Of a stretch of 64,000 bases of DNA, positions 13,101 through 26,678 are shown one piece after another; the stretch's first letter is position 1, and every line of letters begins with the position of its first letter. A program made the position numbers and the translations under genes. This DNA is from Anaeramoeba ignava BMAN (Eukaryota; Protista; Anaeramoebae): NCBI GenBank assembly GCA_028826165.1, contig JAPDFW010000114.1:186001-250000 (forward strand). The letters run 5' to 3'. Under the pieces are notes generated by a model, which did no database searches, was not told where the DNA came from, and saw only the letters and a list, made by a program, of their open reading frames with translations.

Positions 13101-16100
13101 AATGGATATGATATGTTTCATGGACAAGCAATCAAATACTCACTCAGTGTGCGCTCTGCTAATCTCCTGTTTTGTATGCTTCTGGGAAGACATCCAGGAT
13201 CAGTATTGATTGACATATCGCCGCCACAATTAGTTATTTCTGAAAATGAAGACAATTCCACTTTTGCACTTACTCATCTTGCAGAAGCATTCATGATCAA
13301 GAAAATCTGCGTTCTCGAGACAATTGGAGAGGCTCTTGCCAAGGAAGGAAAAACAGAGCTCGCACGAGCAATAATCCAACGTTTCGAAAATATTGTTACA
13401 AACAGTTTTGTCAATCAATGCGCATTCTCAAAATTTTCTAATTGGGAACGTTGGTTCATCCCTCTTCTCGACCCAATCACAAGCGCAGACCAAATGCGCC
13501 AGAAACCCAAACTTACAAATATCGAGCCCATCTCTCGTCTTCCTGTTTTACTTCTTAAAGATCTTAACACAAGTGTGTTTGGAATTTTTTCCGAAATTTG
13601 GGGGTATCTTTTTCAAAATGAGAAAGGAGGTTGGCGGCTCTTTGATCAAAGTGTCAAACTCGCCCTTTCCATGCAGTACCGCAAACTTTCACACGAACAC
13701 GCACTTCTTTCGCGAATGTTTTCTGTTGCAATCGATAGTTTTCTGAAGATTATGTACACAAAATATGTGAATCAATCGTTTCTTTTTGTCAGAGCACATT
13801 TCAAGGAATCCACAACATTTTTCGACAATCTCTTGCATTTTGTGATTCTTTGCAACGATTTCCTTGTTTTTGTTCCAACCGCAATCAACATACCACGAAT
13901 CCCTTCTCCAATAATCAGATCTCGTAATTTATTTGGAATGGGAAATGAAGACGATGAAAAATCGCCTGTTGTTGAAAACGAACAAAACGCTCGCGAAATA
14001 GTTTCTGAACATAAAAAAGAACCCACACAAACAGGACCGCATGTTCTGTCTCGGCCATATGGCGATGTTACTTTCTCATACAGTCTGCGCATCCAAGATA
14101 ATAAATGGAAAGACACAACACTAGTTTTGAAACTGATCTCCTTTTTGGATCAGTTCGACTTCTTCAACATACAGACAGCAAGCAGTGTTTTTGTCGACAA
14201 ACATCTCGCAAGCACAACGCTTTGCAATCTTGCTCTACTTCTAGTATCAGGCATAACAAGACTCAAGGGGATTGAAACAAAGTGGTTTGTAGAGAAGCTT
14301 GTGAAATTTGTGTCGAATGTCGAGTCACAAACAGCAAATATCAAAACTCGCGACAGAAATATCATTCTTATTATTCTTTCCCATCTTTTTGAAGCATCTG
14401 AAAATGAGCAGAAATCACGTCAAAACTCAAACACATCAGATTCAAATACCGACCAAGATCGTCCACTCCAAGTCGCCCAAAGTATCATGAAGAAGACATA
14501 TAGTATTCTTGTTCCCCTTATGAAAGACAATTCGGGACGCACTCTTCTTCCTAAAAAACGCGCAGGATCTATTATATTCCACAAATCTCAAGATGAATTG
14601 CGCGAAATGTTTTTCGGAAATACCGAATGGAAAGACGCGATCCAAAACTCTTTCCATTCAGAAGCAGAAAAGCACCGCAAACAACTCGATTTACAAAGCA
14701 CAAACACCGCGTCTGAAATGAGAGAGCGGCTTCGCGATGTTGAAATTTCACAGAAAAAATACTTGATCCAAAAAGTCAGTTCATTTGAGAATCTTCTTCA
14801 AAAATTTCGTCTTGATTGGTTCTCCTCTTTTAAATCTTTTATAAACGAACAAATAATCTCTAGCGCAGCCAAAAGAGAACGCAAGATGATTCTCTCAATG
14901 GATCAATGGCGACGCACTCTTAGAAGTCTTGCCAGTGAGCGAGGACCTTGGGGAGCGCGCAAAACCCTATTTGAATCCACCTTTTGGAAACTTGATAAAA
15001 CAGAAGACAACGAAAGAAGACGCAGAAAAATGAAACAAAATTATCACTTCAGCAACCACTTCGATGCCTCTGTGAGAAGAGATCAATCATCAAAAGAAAT
15101 GGCAGACAAAATAATCACCCAAAACTACGATAAAATCCAACTCCAGAAATTGAGTTCGCAGCCAAATAACGATACACAACATCTACATCTTCTCGATATC
15201 CAACGGCATACCTCAGACATTCCTGAGGAAGATCCCGATGCTCTTCCTGATCAAAACGACGACTCAGAGCCTACAAACTCAAACAAATTAGTTTTCCAAG
15301 CAAATTCGTTTCTTGTCAAACCGCAATCATCAACATCTGGAATGTTTGAAATTACTCGTTCCGAAATTCATTTTTATCCGGGAAAATCTGCTCCTCAAGA
15401 AAATCACAAACGCCCAACAACTCCCACAGAATCCTCTGACATCTCTCCTCCTAACAACACTTCTCATGGCGATATCCAAAAGGACAGAACTTGGCGGCTC
15501 AAAGATCTGAAATCCATCTTTAAGAAACGATTCAAAATGAAGAATTCTGCTCTTGAATTTTATTTTACTGACAGAACAAGTTATTTCTTCGATTTCACGC
15601 CAAAAACAAGAAACATTATTTTCCGCAAAATAAATGCACTCAAACCACCAAATCTTATTCGTGTTGATACAGGAGCGCCGACAGAATGGTTACGTAAAAC
15701 AAATCTTACAAAACGTTGGCAAAGATATCAAATTACAAACTTTGATTATCTTGTTGAGCTCAATTTCCTTGCTGGAAGAAGTTATAATGATTTATCTCAA
15801 TATCCTGTGTTTCCTTGGATTTTATCTGATTATGATTCCGACAAACTCGATCTTCAAAACCCAAATTCTTTTCGTGATCTTTCAAAACCTATTGGATCTA
15901 TTAATGAAAATAATTTACAACAGTGTATTGCTAGATATCAAACTTTTGAAAAAGCTAATACAGGTGTTCCACCTTTTTATTATGGATCTCATTATTCTAC
16001 TCCTGGTATATAACTTATTGAGGATATTCAAAAAGAATAATATTTAATTCAATTCAATAATAATATTTAATTCAATTTAATATAATTTAATAATAATATT

Positions 16101-19100
16101 TAATTCAATAATATTATTTAATTTAAAAATAATATTTAATTCAAAAATAATATTTAATTTAATAATAATATTTAATTCAAAAATATTATTTAATTTAATA
16201 ATATTCAATTTAATAATATTTAATTTAATAATATTCAATTTAATAATATTTAATTTAATAATATTTAATTTAATTCAAAAATAATATTTAATTCAATAAT
16301 AATATTTAATTTAATAATAATATTTAATTAAATAATAATATTTAATTTAAAAATAATATTTAATTAAATAATAATATTTAATTTAAAAATAATATTTAAT
16401 TTAAAAATAATATTTAATTTAAAAATAATATTTAATTTAATAATAATATTTAATTCAATAATAATATTTAATTCAATAATAATATTCAATTTAAAAATAA
16501 TATTTAATTTAAGAATAATATTTAATTCAATAATAATATTTAATTTAAAAATAATATTTAATTTAAAAATAATATTTAATTTAATAATAATATTTAATTT
16601 AATAATAATATTTAATTCAAAAATAATATTTAATTTAATAATAATATTTAATTTAAAAATAATATTTTAATTTAATAATAATATTTAATTCAAAAAAATA
16701 TTATTTAATTTAATAATATTCAATTTAATAATATTTAATTTAATAATAATATTTAATTTAATAATAATATTCAATTTAATAATAATAATATTTAATTCAA
16801 TAATAATATTTAATTCAATAATAATATTTAATTCAATAATAATATTTAATTCAAAAATAATATTTAATTCAATAAAGATAATATTTAATTTAATAAAGAT
16901 AATATTTAATTCAATAATAATATTCAATTTAATTTAAAAATAATATTTAATTTAAAAATAATATTTAATTTAAAAATAATATTTAATTTAAAAATAATAT
17001 TTAATTAAATAATAATATTTAATTCAATAATAATATTTAATTCAATAATAATATTTAATTCAATAATAATATTTAATTCAAGAATAATATTCAATTCAAT
17101 AATAATATTTAATTTAAAAATAATATTTAATTTAAAAATAATATTTAATTTTAATAATAATATTTAATTTAAAAATAATATTTAATTCAAAAAATATTAT
17201 TTAATTTAATAATAATATTTAATTCAATAATATTTAATTTAAAAATAATATTTAATTCAATAATAATATTTAATTCAATAATAATATTTAATTCAATAAT
17301 AATATTTAATTCAATAATAATATTTAATTTAATAATATTTAATTCAATAATAATATTTAATTCAAATAATAATATTTAATTCAATAAAAGATAATATTTA
17401 ATTCAAAAATAATATTTAATTCAATAATATTATTTAATTCAATAATTTAATTTAATAATAATATTTAATTCAAAAATAATATTTAATTTAATAATAATAT
17501 TTAATTTAATAATAATATTTAATTTAAAAATAATATTTAATTTAATTCAATAATAATATTTAATTTAAAAATAATATTTAATTTTAATAATATTTAATTT
17601 AATTTAATAAATAATATTTAATTTAATAATAATATTTAATTCAAAAATAATATTTAATTCAATAATATTTAATTTAATAATAATATTAATATTTAATAAT
17701 AATATTCAATTTAATAATAATATTTAATTTAATTTTAAAAATAATATTTAATTTTAATAATAATATTTAATTCAATAATAATATTTAATTCAATAATAAT
17801 ATTTAATTTAATATAATATTTAATTTAATATAATATTTAATTTAATAATAATATTTAATTTAATAATAATATTTAATTTAATAATAATATTTAATTCAAT
17901 AATAATATTTAATTCAATAATTTAATTCAATTTAAAAATATTTAATTCAAAAATAATATTTAATTCAAAAATAATATTTAATTTAATAATAATATTTAAT
18001 TTAATTCAATAATAATATTTAATTCAAAAATAATATTTAATTAAATAATAATATTTAATTCAAAAATAATATTTAATTCAATAATAATATTTAATTCAAT
18101 AATATTTAATTCAATAATAATATTTAATTCAATAATAATATTTAATTTAATTCAATAATAATATTTAATTCAATAATAATATTTAATTCAATAATAATAT
18201 TTAATTTAATATAATATTTAATTTAATTTAAAAATAATATTTAATTTTTGATTTAAATAAAAGCTGTCGTTTTACACTACCTCGTTCGCCTAGAACCATT
18301 CACAACTTTATTCATAGATTTCCAAAGTGGAAGATTCGATAGCTCAGATAGAATGTTTCACTCAGTTTCAGAATTATGGAAAAGTTGCACAGGAACAACA
18401 AGTGATGTACGAGAATTGATACCAGAATTCTTTTACTTCCCAGAATTTCTTGAAAACTCAAATAGATTCGATCTTGGAAAACGACAAAACGAAACACAAG
18501 TAGATCATGTAGTTCTTCCAAATTGGGCAACATCTCCTGAAGATTTCATTCACAAACATAGATCTGCATTAGAATGCGAGTATGTATCTCAGCACATCCA
18601 CGAATGGATCGACTTGATATTTGGATTCAAACAACGCGGAGAGGAAGCAATCAAAGCTTATAATGTTTTCTACTATTTGACTTATCCCGATTCAGTAGAT
18701 ATTGATTTGATACAAAATCAAACGGAAAAGGAATCTATCGAGATGCAAATACAAAACTTTGGCCAAACCCCAACACAAGTGTTCAAGAAACCTCATCCGC
18801 ACAGGTTGTCTTTTGCAGAACAGCAAAATATTCATCCGTTATATTGGAAAATAACAAGATTTTCTTCTGTCGTTTCAAACATCATCAAGATCACAGATTC
18901 TCCAATCCTCTTTATCGCTAATTCCTCCCGCCTTGTAATATTTGATGCCCAACGCAACCTCACTACATATCGCTGGTGTTCAACCAACCCAGTTGTTAAC
19001 TCCTCCGAAAATTCAACAACAAGTTTTGCAATCAATAAAGATGAAAACAATCCCCCCAAAAATAACGAAATTATCCCCCAAATAAATGAACAAATAAAAC

Positions 19101-19951
19101 CCTCGATTCAGCAATCGCAATCACAACAGAATTCACTTATTGAGCTTGATTCGGCAATGAAAAATACGCGCAGAAAAGTTGGGGTTTCATTTTCATTTAT
19201 GCTCCCCAAAAATAACCGACGATTTGCAATAAGTACAAACGAAAAAATTATTTTCAGTTGCGGATATTGGGACAACAGCTTCAAACTCAATCAACTCGAC
19301 ACAACAAAGCTGGTTCAATCAATCGAATATCACAAAGACGTTGTGACTTGCTTGTCATTCCACAAAAACACGCTTGTCACAGGTTCTCGTGACACGACAG
19401 TTGCAGTTTGGCGTTTCAGCTCGAAAACAAACACAGTAAATGAAAAACCCCGTCACGTGTTATTTGGACACGATGATAATGTCACGTGTGTCGATGTCAA
19501 CGAGGATCTTGACATTATCATCAGCGCATCACAAGATGGCAGTTGCATTATGCACACACTTAGGAGAGGCCGTTATGTTAGAACAATAAGAGTTGATCCA
19601 CAAACTGATGTCCCTATTTCTTCTGTTTATATCACTGCAGTTGGAGATGTGATTATTTACTGCGAAAAGTCATCAACATTATGGTTATTTTCAATTAACG
19701 GAAAAAATTTGTTGTCAATTCGACTTAATTCTTCTGTTAGATCTTTTCTTTTCACTCAAAATGGTGATTTTGCTTTTTGTGGAATGGAAAACGGAGCAAT
19801 TCATATTCTTCGTATTTCTGACTTGAAAATTATCCAAAGTCTATTTTTTCATAGTCCAGTTTTATCTCTTTCTTTTTCTCAAGATGAAAAACAAATTGTT
19901 GCTGGTTTTGCTGATGGAATGCTTTTGATTTTGTTTTTTATGAAAAATTAA
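6248..19951 (+). CDS. BEACH-domain protein (neurobeachin/LYST/Lvs family; ConA-like, PH, BEACH, WD40), ~3,657 aa; exons 6248-6412, 6513-6849, 6924-7117, 7209-7431, 7500-8135, 8204-8520, 8591-16005 (+1 frameshift near 12780), 18264-19951
   Basis: WPAVKGMTFCTWIRIE (ConA-like), WKLDKTED, TNFDYLVELNFLAGRSYNDLSQYPVFPW, YGSHYS/TPAVVLHYLVRLEPFT, DVRELIPEFFY, FGQTP, then WD40 repeats. Summed exon length is a multiple of 3 after removing 1 nt. Confidence 0.92.
11700..12100 (+). repeat. Coding low-complexity repeat (N/D/S/L; GATTCAAA-AAT units) inserted in the BEACH protein
   Basis: DSKNNL/NDSN repeats, in frame within the long exon. Confidence 0.9.
16035..18250 (+). repeat. Intronic satellite, ~18-bp unit (AATAATATTTAATT(C/T)AA(T/A)), filling the 2,258-bp BEACH intron
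   Basis: Direct inspection; the intron 16006-18263 splits the YSTP/AVVLHYL part of the BEACH domain. Confidence 0.95.
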
Positions 19952-20157
19952 AAAAAAAATTTTTAAACAAAACAAAACAAAACAAAACAAAACAAATTTC
20001 GATTTTTTTTAATCATGTTCTTCTTTCGTAAATTATCTTTTCTTTTCTTTTCTTTTCTTTTCTTTTTCAAATTGTTTTCAAAAAAAAAAAAAATCGAATT
20101 TAAAAAAAAAATTTCATTTTTCATTTTTTTCTTTTTAATATTTTCTTTCATTTATAA

Positions 20158-21123
20158 ATGTTTCGTTTAATTTCTTTTTTTCTAATTTTTTCTACTGTTT
20201 TTTCATGGGCAGAATTTACTCATTTAAGTTATGGATGTGAAATTATAAATTTATATGATTTTACAAGTTTTTCTTCATCTGATAATTGGACTGCTTGTTC
20301 TTCAACAGTTCAACATAAATCTTTTTTATTAGGTGCTATTAGTCCTGATTTTTTTACACATTTTGGTTATTTAGATCCGAGTTTTCATTGTCTTGATTAT
20401 GGAATTTTTCTTTGGAATTATTCACAATTATCTTATAAATCAAATGATCCAAATTTTGATGCTTATTGGTTTTCTTTAGGTTTTCTTTCTCATTTAGCAG
20501 GTAATATTTTAATTTTATAAATTAATTTTAATTTTAATTTTATAAATGAATTTTAATTTTAATTTTAATTTTAATTTTATAAATGAATTTTAATAGAAGA
20601 TGAAATTGCACATTATCCTTTTTCTTGGTTATATTTTTCTGATGATAGAGAACTTGAATTAGCAGCTGATACAAATGAATTTTTATTATATAAATCAAAT
20701 CCAATGAAAAGACCAGATATTCCTGAAGGATTTTATGATTTTATACTTAAATCAACAAATGCATATGTTTCAGAAATAGGATGGTGGAATGGATTTATTC
20801 CACCAAATAATTCATCATTACAATATACTGTTAAAAAAATGGGTGAATTTCTTGATGCTGAAGAGTTATTGATAATCGCAAATGAATTGATTTATAAAGA
20901 AGAAATGAAAGAATTTGATTATTGCAAAAGAGCTACTCAAGATGAAGCACTTGCTGATTATAATTTAGCAAAAAATTGGTCAGAAAATACTTTTATCGTT
21001 CTTTTCCAAATTCTTCAAAATCCTCCTCAAAATTGTCAAGGTTCAATAAGAAAATGTGTTCAATTTGAATTTTTAAAAGATGTTGATGTTCTTTTTCAAA
21101 ATCATGGTGGATCAATTTGTTGA
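20158..21123 (+). CDS. Secreted zinc-dependent phospholipase C-like / GPI-PLD N-domain-like protein (289 aa); exons 20158-20500, 20597-21123
   Basis: Signal peptide followed by W-AEFTH, GAISPD, FH and LGFLSHLAED-EIAH, matching the Zn_dep_PLPC ligand pattern. Confidence 0.7.
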
Positions 21124-21268
21124 TTTAATTTAATTTAATTTAATTTGATTTTTTTAAACAACAATTTTGATTTTTTTTTAAAAATTTTATTTTAAGATTT
21201 TAAGATTTTTAGATTTTAAGATTTTGAAATAAAATTTATTCTTGATTTCCATTTCTCTTTTTTTATCA

Positions 21269-24200
21269 TTATTTTTTCTTTTTTTTTAATAATTCTTGTA
21301 AATTTTCTTTTGATTTAATTCTTTTCCAATTCATTTTGTTTTCTGTAAATAATTTTTTAATAACTTTTGAAACTTCAGAATCAAAACAAATTATAATAGC
21401 ATTTTCATCATCAATCCATTTTAATAAATATGATTTCTTTAATAATTTATCAGTATTTAATATTGATGAAATTGGACTTAAAATCTTTAAAATATTAATT
21501 GATTTAAAATCCTTCAAATCACTTAAATGAATTATTGGGAATTCTTGTGGATTTAAAGAGTTTAGATTTGAATCATTAGGAACTAAATCTTTGAAATTAT
21601 CTTCTTTTTCAATCAATTGAATATCTTCTGGATTTTTTTGACTTAGATATTCTTGGAAATATTGTGTGAACTTTGGATGAGGAACATGACTTGTTTTATC
21701 TTTATAAAGAACAATATAACGTTGATCTTCTGGTCCATAAGTTATTGATTTTACTGAAAATGTTTGAGCTATTTCATGAACAATTTTTCTTTCATAATTT
21801 GTCATTGGTTGAAATTCATATTCTTTTTGCCAATGTTCAACAACAAAACGTTCAATAATTGCTTCATTTTGTTGAATGAATTCATAATTTTTCAAACCTT
21901 TACGCATTAAAAAATTTGAAAACTATTTGTCGTTTTTTTTTTTGAATTGATTTTTGAATTGATTTTTAAATTCCTTATTATTTTTTTTTAATTTAAATTT
22001 TTTACTGGATGCTCTTCTTTTTGAATCAATTTTTTCTCATTAATATTCAAAGCTTCACGAAGTTGTTGATTTCTTTTTTGTCTTTCACATTCTTCATCAC
22101 ATTCCAAAGATAAAATAATATTTTTTTTTCGTGGATCATTTGGATCGCCACCCATTAAACAAGGAACTTGCTCAGTTTTTCTTCCACATTTGCATGTAAC
22201 TGTTCTAAGTTGTTCACATATAGCATCAGGACAAGTAGTATTTGGATGACAAATAAATGGGCAAAGATGTCCGCATGGAAGTTTTTTATTACATCTTTGT
22301 CCGCAACTTGGAATTTTTCTTTCGGCTAATTATATTTATATTTTGAATAAGAAAGAATAAATATTTGAGTTGAAATCAACGGAATAATTTTTTTTGAGAG
22401 AAATAATATTTGATTTTACCATTTATTTCCTTTTTATCTTGATTATCTTGATTATTATTTTGATTATTTTGATTATTTTGATTATTTTGATTATCTTGAT
22501 TATCTTGATTATTTTCATTTGTATTTTCATTTGTATTTTCATTTGTATTTTCATTTGTTTCTTCATTTGTTTCTAGTTGTGGTGGTTTAGTTGTAATTTC
22601 ATCATCATCTTGAATTTCTTCAATTTTTGGTAAATTTTTTGATTTTTTTGATTTTTTCTTAGATTCTGCATTTTTATCAACAATACAAGGAGGTTTATGA
22701 CAAGGACGATTGCAAATATGTCCACATTCTAATAATTTTCCACATTTTCTATTGCATGTTGGATACTTCATATGACAAGGAATATTCTTCATAATTTGAT
22801 GTCCACCTGCACACATTCGATCAACAAGAACAATACATTTTGGGCATTTTTGATCCCTTGGATGACATTTGTGATTAGTTGGATGTCCACATTTTCTTTG
22901 AATTATACAATCATATGGACAAGGTGGTAATTTTATTCCACAAAGAATTGGAGCTAAAACAACAGTTTTTCCACATGTACAGGCAAGATCTTCGTATGAA
23001 TAATTATTACATTTTGGGCATGGACTTAATATTTAATTTAATATTTATTTCAATATTTAATTCAATATTTAATTTAATATTTAATTCAATATTTAATTCA
23101 ATTCAATTTAATTCAATTTAATTCAATTTAATTCAATTTAATTTAATTCAATATTTAATATTTAATTCAATGTTTAATATTTAATTCAATATTTAATATT
23201 TAATATTCAATATTTAATTCAATATTCAATTTAATATTTAATATTTAATTCAATATTTAATATTTAATTAAATATAATATTTAATTCAATTCAATTCAAT
23301 ATTCAATTCAATTCAATATTTAATATTTAATTCAATTCAATATTTAATATTCAATATTTAATATTTAATATTTAATTCAATTCAATTTAATATTCAATAT
23401 TCAATTTAATTTAATTTAATTCAATTCAATATTTAATATTTAATTCAATATTTAATATTTAATTCAATATTTAATTCAATTCAATTTAATTCAATATTCA
23501 ATTTAATATTTAATATTTAATTCAATATTTAATTCAATTCAATATTTAATATTCAATTCAATATTTAATATTTAATATTTAATATTCAATTCAATTCAAT
23601 ATTCAATTCAATTCAATATTTAATTTAATATTTAATATTTAATATTTAATTCAATTTAATTCAATATTTAATATTTAATTAAATATTTAATTCAATTTAA
23701 TATTTAATATTCAATATTCAATTTAATATTTATTTCAATTTAATATTTAATTTAATTTAAATCAATTTAATATTTAATTTAATTTAATTCAATATTTAAT
23801 TTAATTCAAATCTAAAATCTAGAATATAATATACCCAGCATGACATTTAAGACTACATCTATGAACTTTGCAATTTAATAATCTTCCACACTCTCTTTGA
23901 CAAATATGAGCTGATGGATTATGTAAATAATCACAACATTTATTTTGGCAAGTATGTCTTTTGCAATTTAATTTTTTTCCACAAATTTTCTTGCAAGTCC
24001 AAAAATCTCCAGTTTTCTTCAATCTTCCATCAGGTAAAAGTTCAGAACATTTAAATTTTTTCTTTGATGATTGACATCTGCAAGAAACTTCAACTAATTC
24101 TGTACATTCTGGGCATTTTCTGTGAATTCAATTTAATTCAATTTGAATTTTTAATTTTGATTTAATTTTGAATTTTTAATTTTGAATTTTACCCTGAATG

Positions 24201-26419
24201 ACAAATCGCTTTACAATAATGTCCACATTCTAATTGTTTTCCACAAATTTGATTACATGAAGGTATTGGATCTAAACAAGATTTTCGATTTTCTCCATTA
24301 AGTAAATCTGTTATTAATCTTTTTCCACAATGGCAAGTTGTAACTTTTGAATAAAAAATAACAAAAAAGATCATTGAATATTTTGAATATTTTAAATATA
24401 TTGGATATATTGAATATTTTGAATATTTTGAATATTTTAGATATTTTGAATATTTTGGATATTTTGGATATTTTGGATATTTTATAGAAAACGAATTTTT
24501 AAAAAGATTATTTGACTTAAATACCTTTTTCAGGAAGTAAAGAACACTCTTCACATTCGTCGTTATGACATTTTAAAGAACATTTATGGTTTCCACAAGC
24601 TAATGTTTTACCGCACACTTCCCCACAACCATAATGATAATCACCATCTAACCCAATTTCATTTGTTCCACAATATCTTTCGGTAGTATTCTTCCCACAA
24701 AAACATGTTACATTAAGTTTAACATCACAAGGTTCACAATCTCCAATATGACAAATTTCTTTACAAGTATGAATTCCGCAATTTAATTTCTTTCCACAAA
24801 TTTGTCCACAAGATTTTCTTTCATTTTTAAGTTCTTCACTTTCTCCACAAATAAATCTCATTTCTGTTTTTCCACAAAAACATGATTCAGGCTGTCCAAT
24901 AGCAGTACAATTAGGACAAGGACTTTTAAATTAAATCAATTTTTAAATCAAATTAATTTTTAAATTAAATTAATTTTTAAATTAAATTAATTTTTAAATC
25001 AATTTTTAAATCAATTTTTAAATTAAATCAATTTTTAAATCAATTTTTAAATTAAATCAATTTTTAAATTAAATCAATTTTTAAATCAAATCAATTTTTA
25101 AATTAAACCAATTTTTAAATCAATTTTTAAATCAAATCAATTTTTAAATCAATTTTTAAATTAATTTTTAAATCAATTTTTAAATCAATTTTTAAATTAA
25201 ATTAATTTTTAAATTAAATCAATTTTTAAATCAAATTAATTTTTAAATTAAATTAATTTTTAAATTAAATCAATTTTTAAATTAAATTAATTTTTAAATC
25301 AAATCAATTTTTTAAATTAATTTTTAAATTTTTAAATTAAATTAATTTTTAAATCAAATTAATTTAAATATCTAAAATAGAATAATACCCAGGATGACAT
25401 AATAAAGTGCAAGTATGTCTTCCACAATTTAATGGTTTCCCACAAATTTCTCCACATGAATGAGGAAGATAAAATGGTGAATTTTCTGGTTCATATTTCT
25501 TACCACAAAAACACAAATATTGATGAGGAATTAATTTTGAACTAACTCTACAAAAAGGACAATCCCAACTATAAATTTTGTTTTTCTTTTTTTGATTGCG
25601 CATTAAATTTTCAATTGATTCTTCATTTTCATCTTCAGCTTTTTTTTGTTGAATTGAACTTGTTGCCCATTTTTTAATGCAAGATAAATGAAAAACTCGA
25701 AAACAAGAAGTACAAGAATAAACACTATCAGTTTTTTTGATGTTTTCATAACAAATTACGCATTCATAAACTTCTTCTCGAAGTCTTCTTTCAGATTTTT
25801 CTCGAAAATCTTCTTCTAATTCTAATGAATTAACTTTACGAATTTTTTCTTTTTCTTGTTTTTGTATTTTGATTTTTGATTTAATCGGAACAATTTGATT
25901 TTCATTTTGATATTGATTTTCATATTCAAACTCATTGTCATATTGATATTGAAATTCATTTTCATTTTGACTTTGATTTTGATTTTGATTTTGATTTTGA
26001 TTTTGATTTTGATTTTGATTTTGATTTTGATTTTGATTTTGATTTTGATTTTGATTTTGATTTTGATTTTGATTTTGATTTTGATTTTGATTTTGATTTT
26101 GACTTTGACGTTGATTCCAATTTCGATTTTGATTTTTTTTATTCCTTCTTTGTTTGTTGGATTTTTTCTTGTTTTGAATTGTTTCTGTTAAATTATATTC
26201 ATAATATTGATTTGATTCTTGTTTATCATTTAAATTTGAAGTAAATTTGTCTTGTTTATTGTAATTCCAATTTCTTTCTTTTTGTTTTGGTTTGTTCCTT
26301 ATCCATTTGTGTGTATTTGTTGTTTGTTCTTGTTCTTTTTCTTTTTCTTTTTCTTGTTCTTTTTCTTGTTCTTTTTTTCTTATCCAAACTCTTTTGGATC
26401 TTTTTTGATTTTGATTCAT
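21269..26419 (-). CDS. NFX1: NF-X1/shuttle-craft/FAP1-like protein (RING, multiple NF-X1 zinc fingers, R3H), ~1,147 aa; exons 26419-25389, 24922-24525, 24343-24193, 24119-23835, 23024-22420, 22325-22006, 21922-21269
   Basis: YECVICYE...FHLSCIKKW...WDCPFCR, repeated CGxHxCxxxCHxGxCxxC, and R3H (PMTNYERKIVHEIA). All six introns are GT-AG and frame-consistent. Confidence 0.92.
23026..23810. repeat. Intronic AT-rich repeat (TTAATTCAATAT-like) in the NFX1 intron
   Basis: Direct inspection. Confidence 0.9.
24925..25365. repeat. Intronic repeat (TTTTTAAAT(C/T)AA-like) in NFX1 intron 1
   Basis: Direct inspection. Confidence 0.9.
25972..26106 (-). repeat. Coding (CAAAAT)n microsatellite encoding a QN repeat in NFX1
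   Basis: (GATTTT)n on the + strand, in frame. Confidence 0.95.
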
Positions 26420-26517
26420 TTTAAAAAGTTAAAAAAAAAATGAAAAAATTGAAAAAAGATTTTTTTTTCTTTTTAAACTCAATTTTTTTTTGTTTTTTTT
26501 TGATTTATTTTAATCTT

Positions 26518-26527
26518 ATGACGTCAT
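26518..26527. promoter_or_regulatory. Palindromic CRE-like site ATGACGTCAT in the divergent NFX1/TTM promoter
   Basis: Perfect 10-bp palindrome containing TGACGTCA in a GC-poor 259-bp spacer. Confidence 0.45.
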
Positions 26528-26678
26528 TGAAAAATCTATGTCTCTTTTTTATTAAAATAATTCTTTTTTTAGTTTTAAAAAAGAAAAAAGCCAAAATTAA
26601 AAAAAATTAATTTTTTTTTTTCGATTTTCATTTTTTTCATTTTTTTTTTAATTTTCTTTTTAATTTTCCTTTTTTAAA

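Noticed and set aside
16035-18250. CRISPR array or transposon inside the long introns
   Set aside because: No unique spacers, terminal repeats, target-site duplications or transposase/RT ORF; only degenerate simple repeats in a eukaryotic context.
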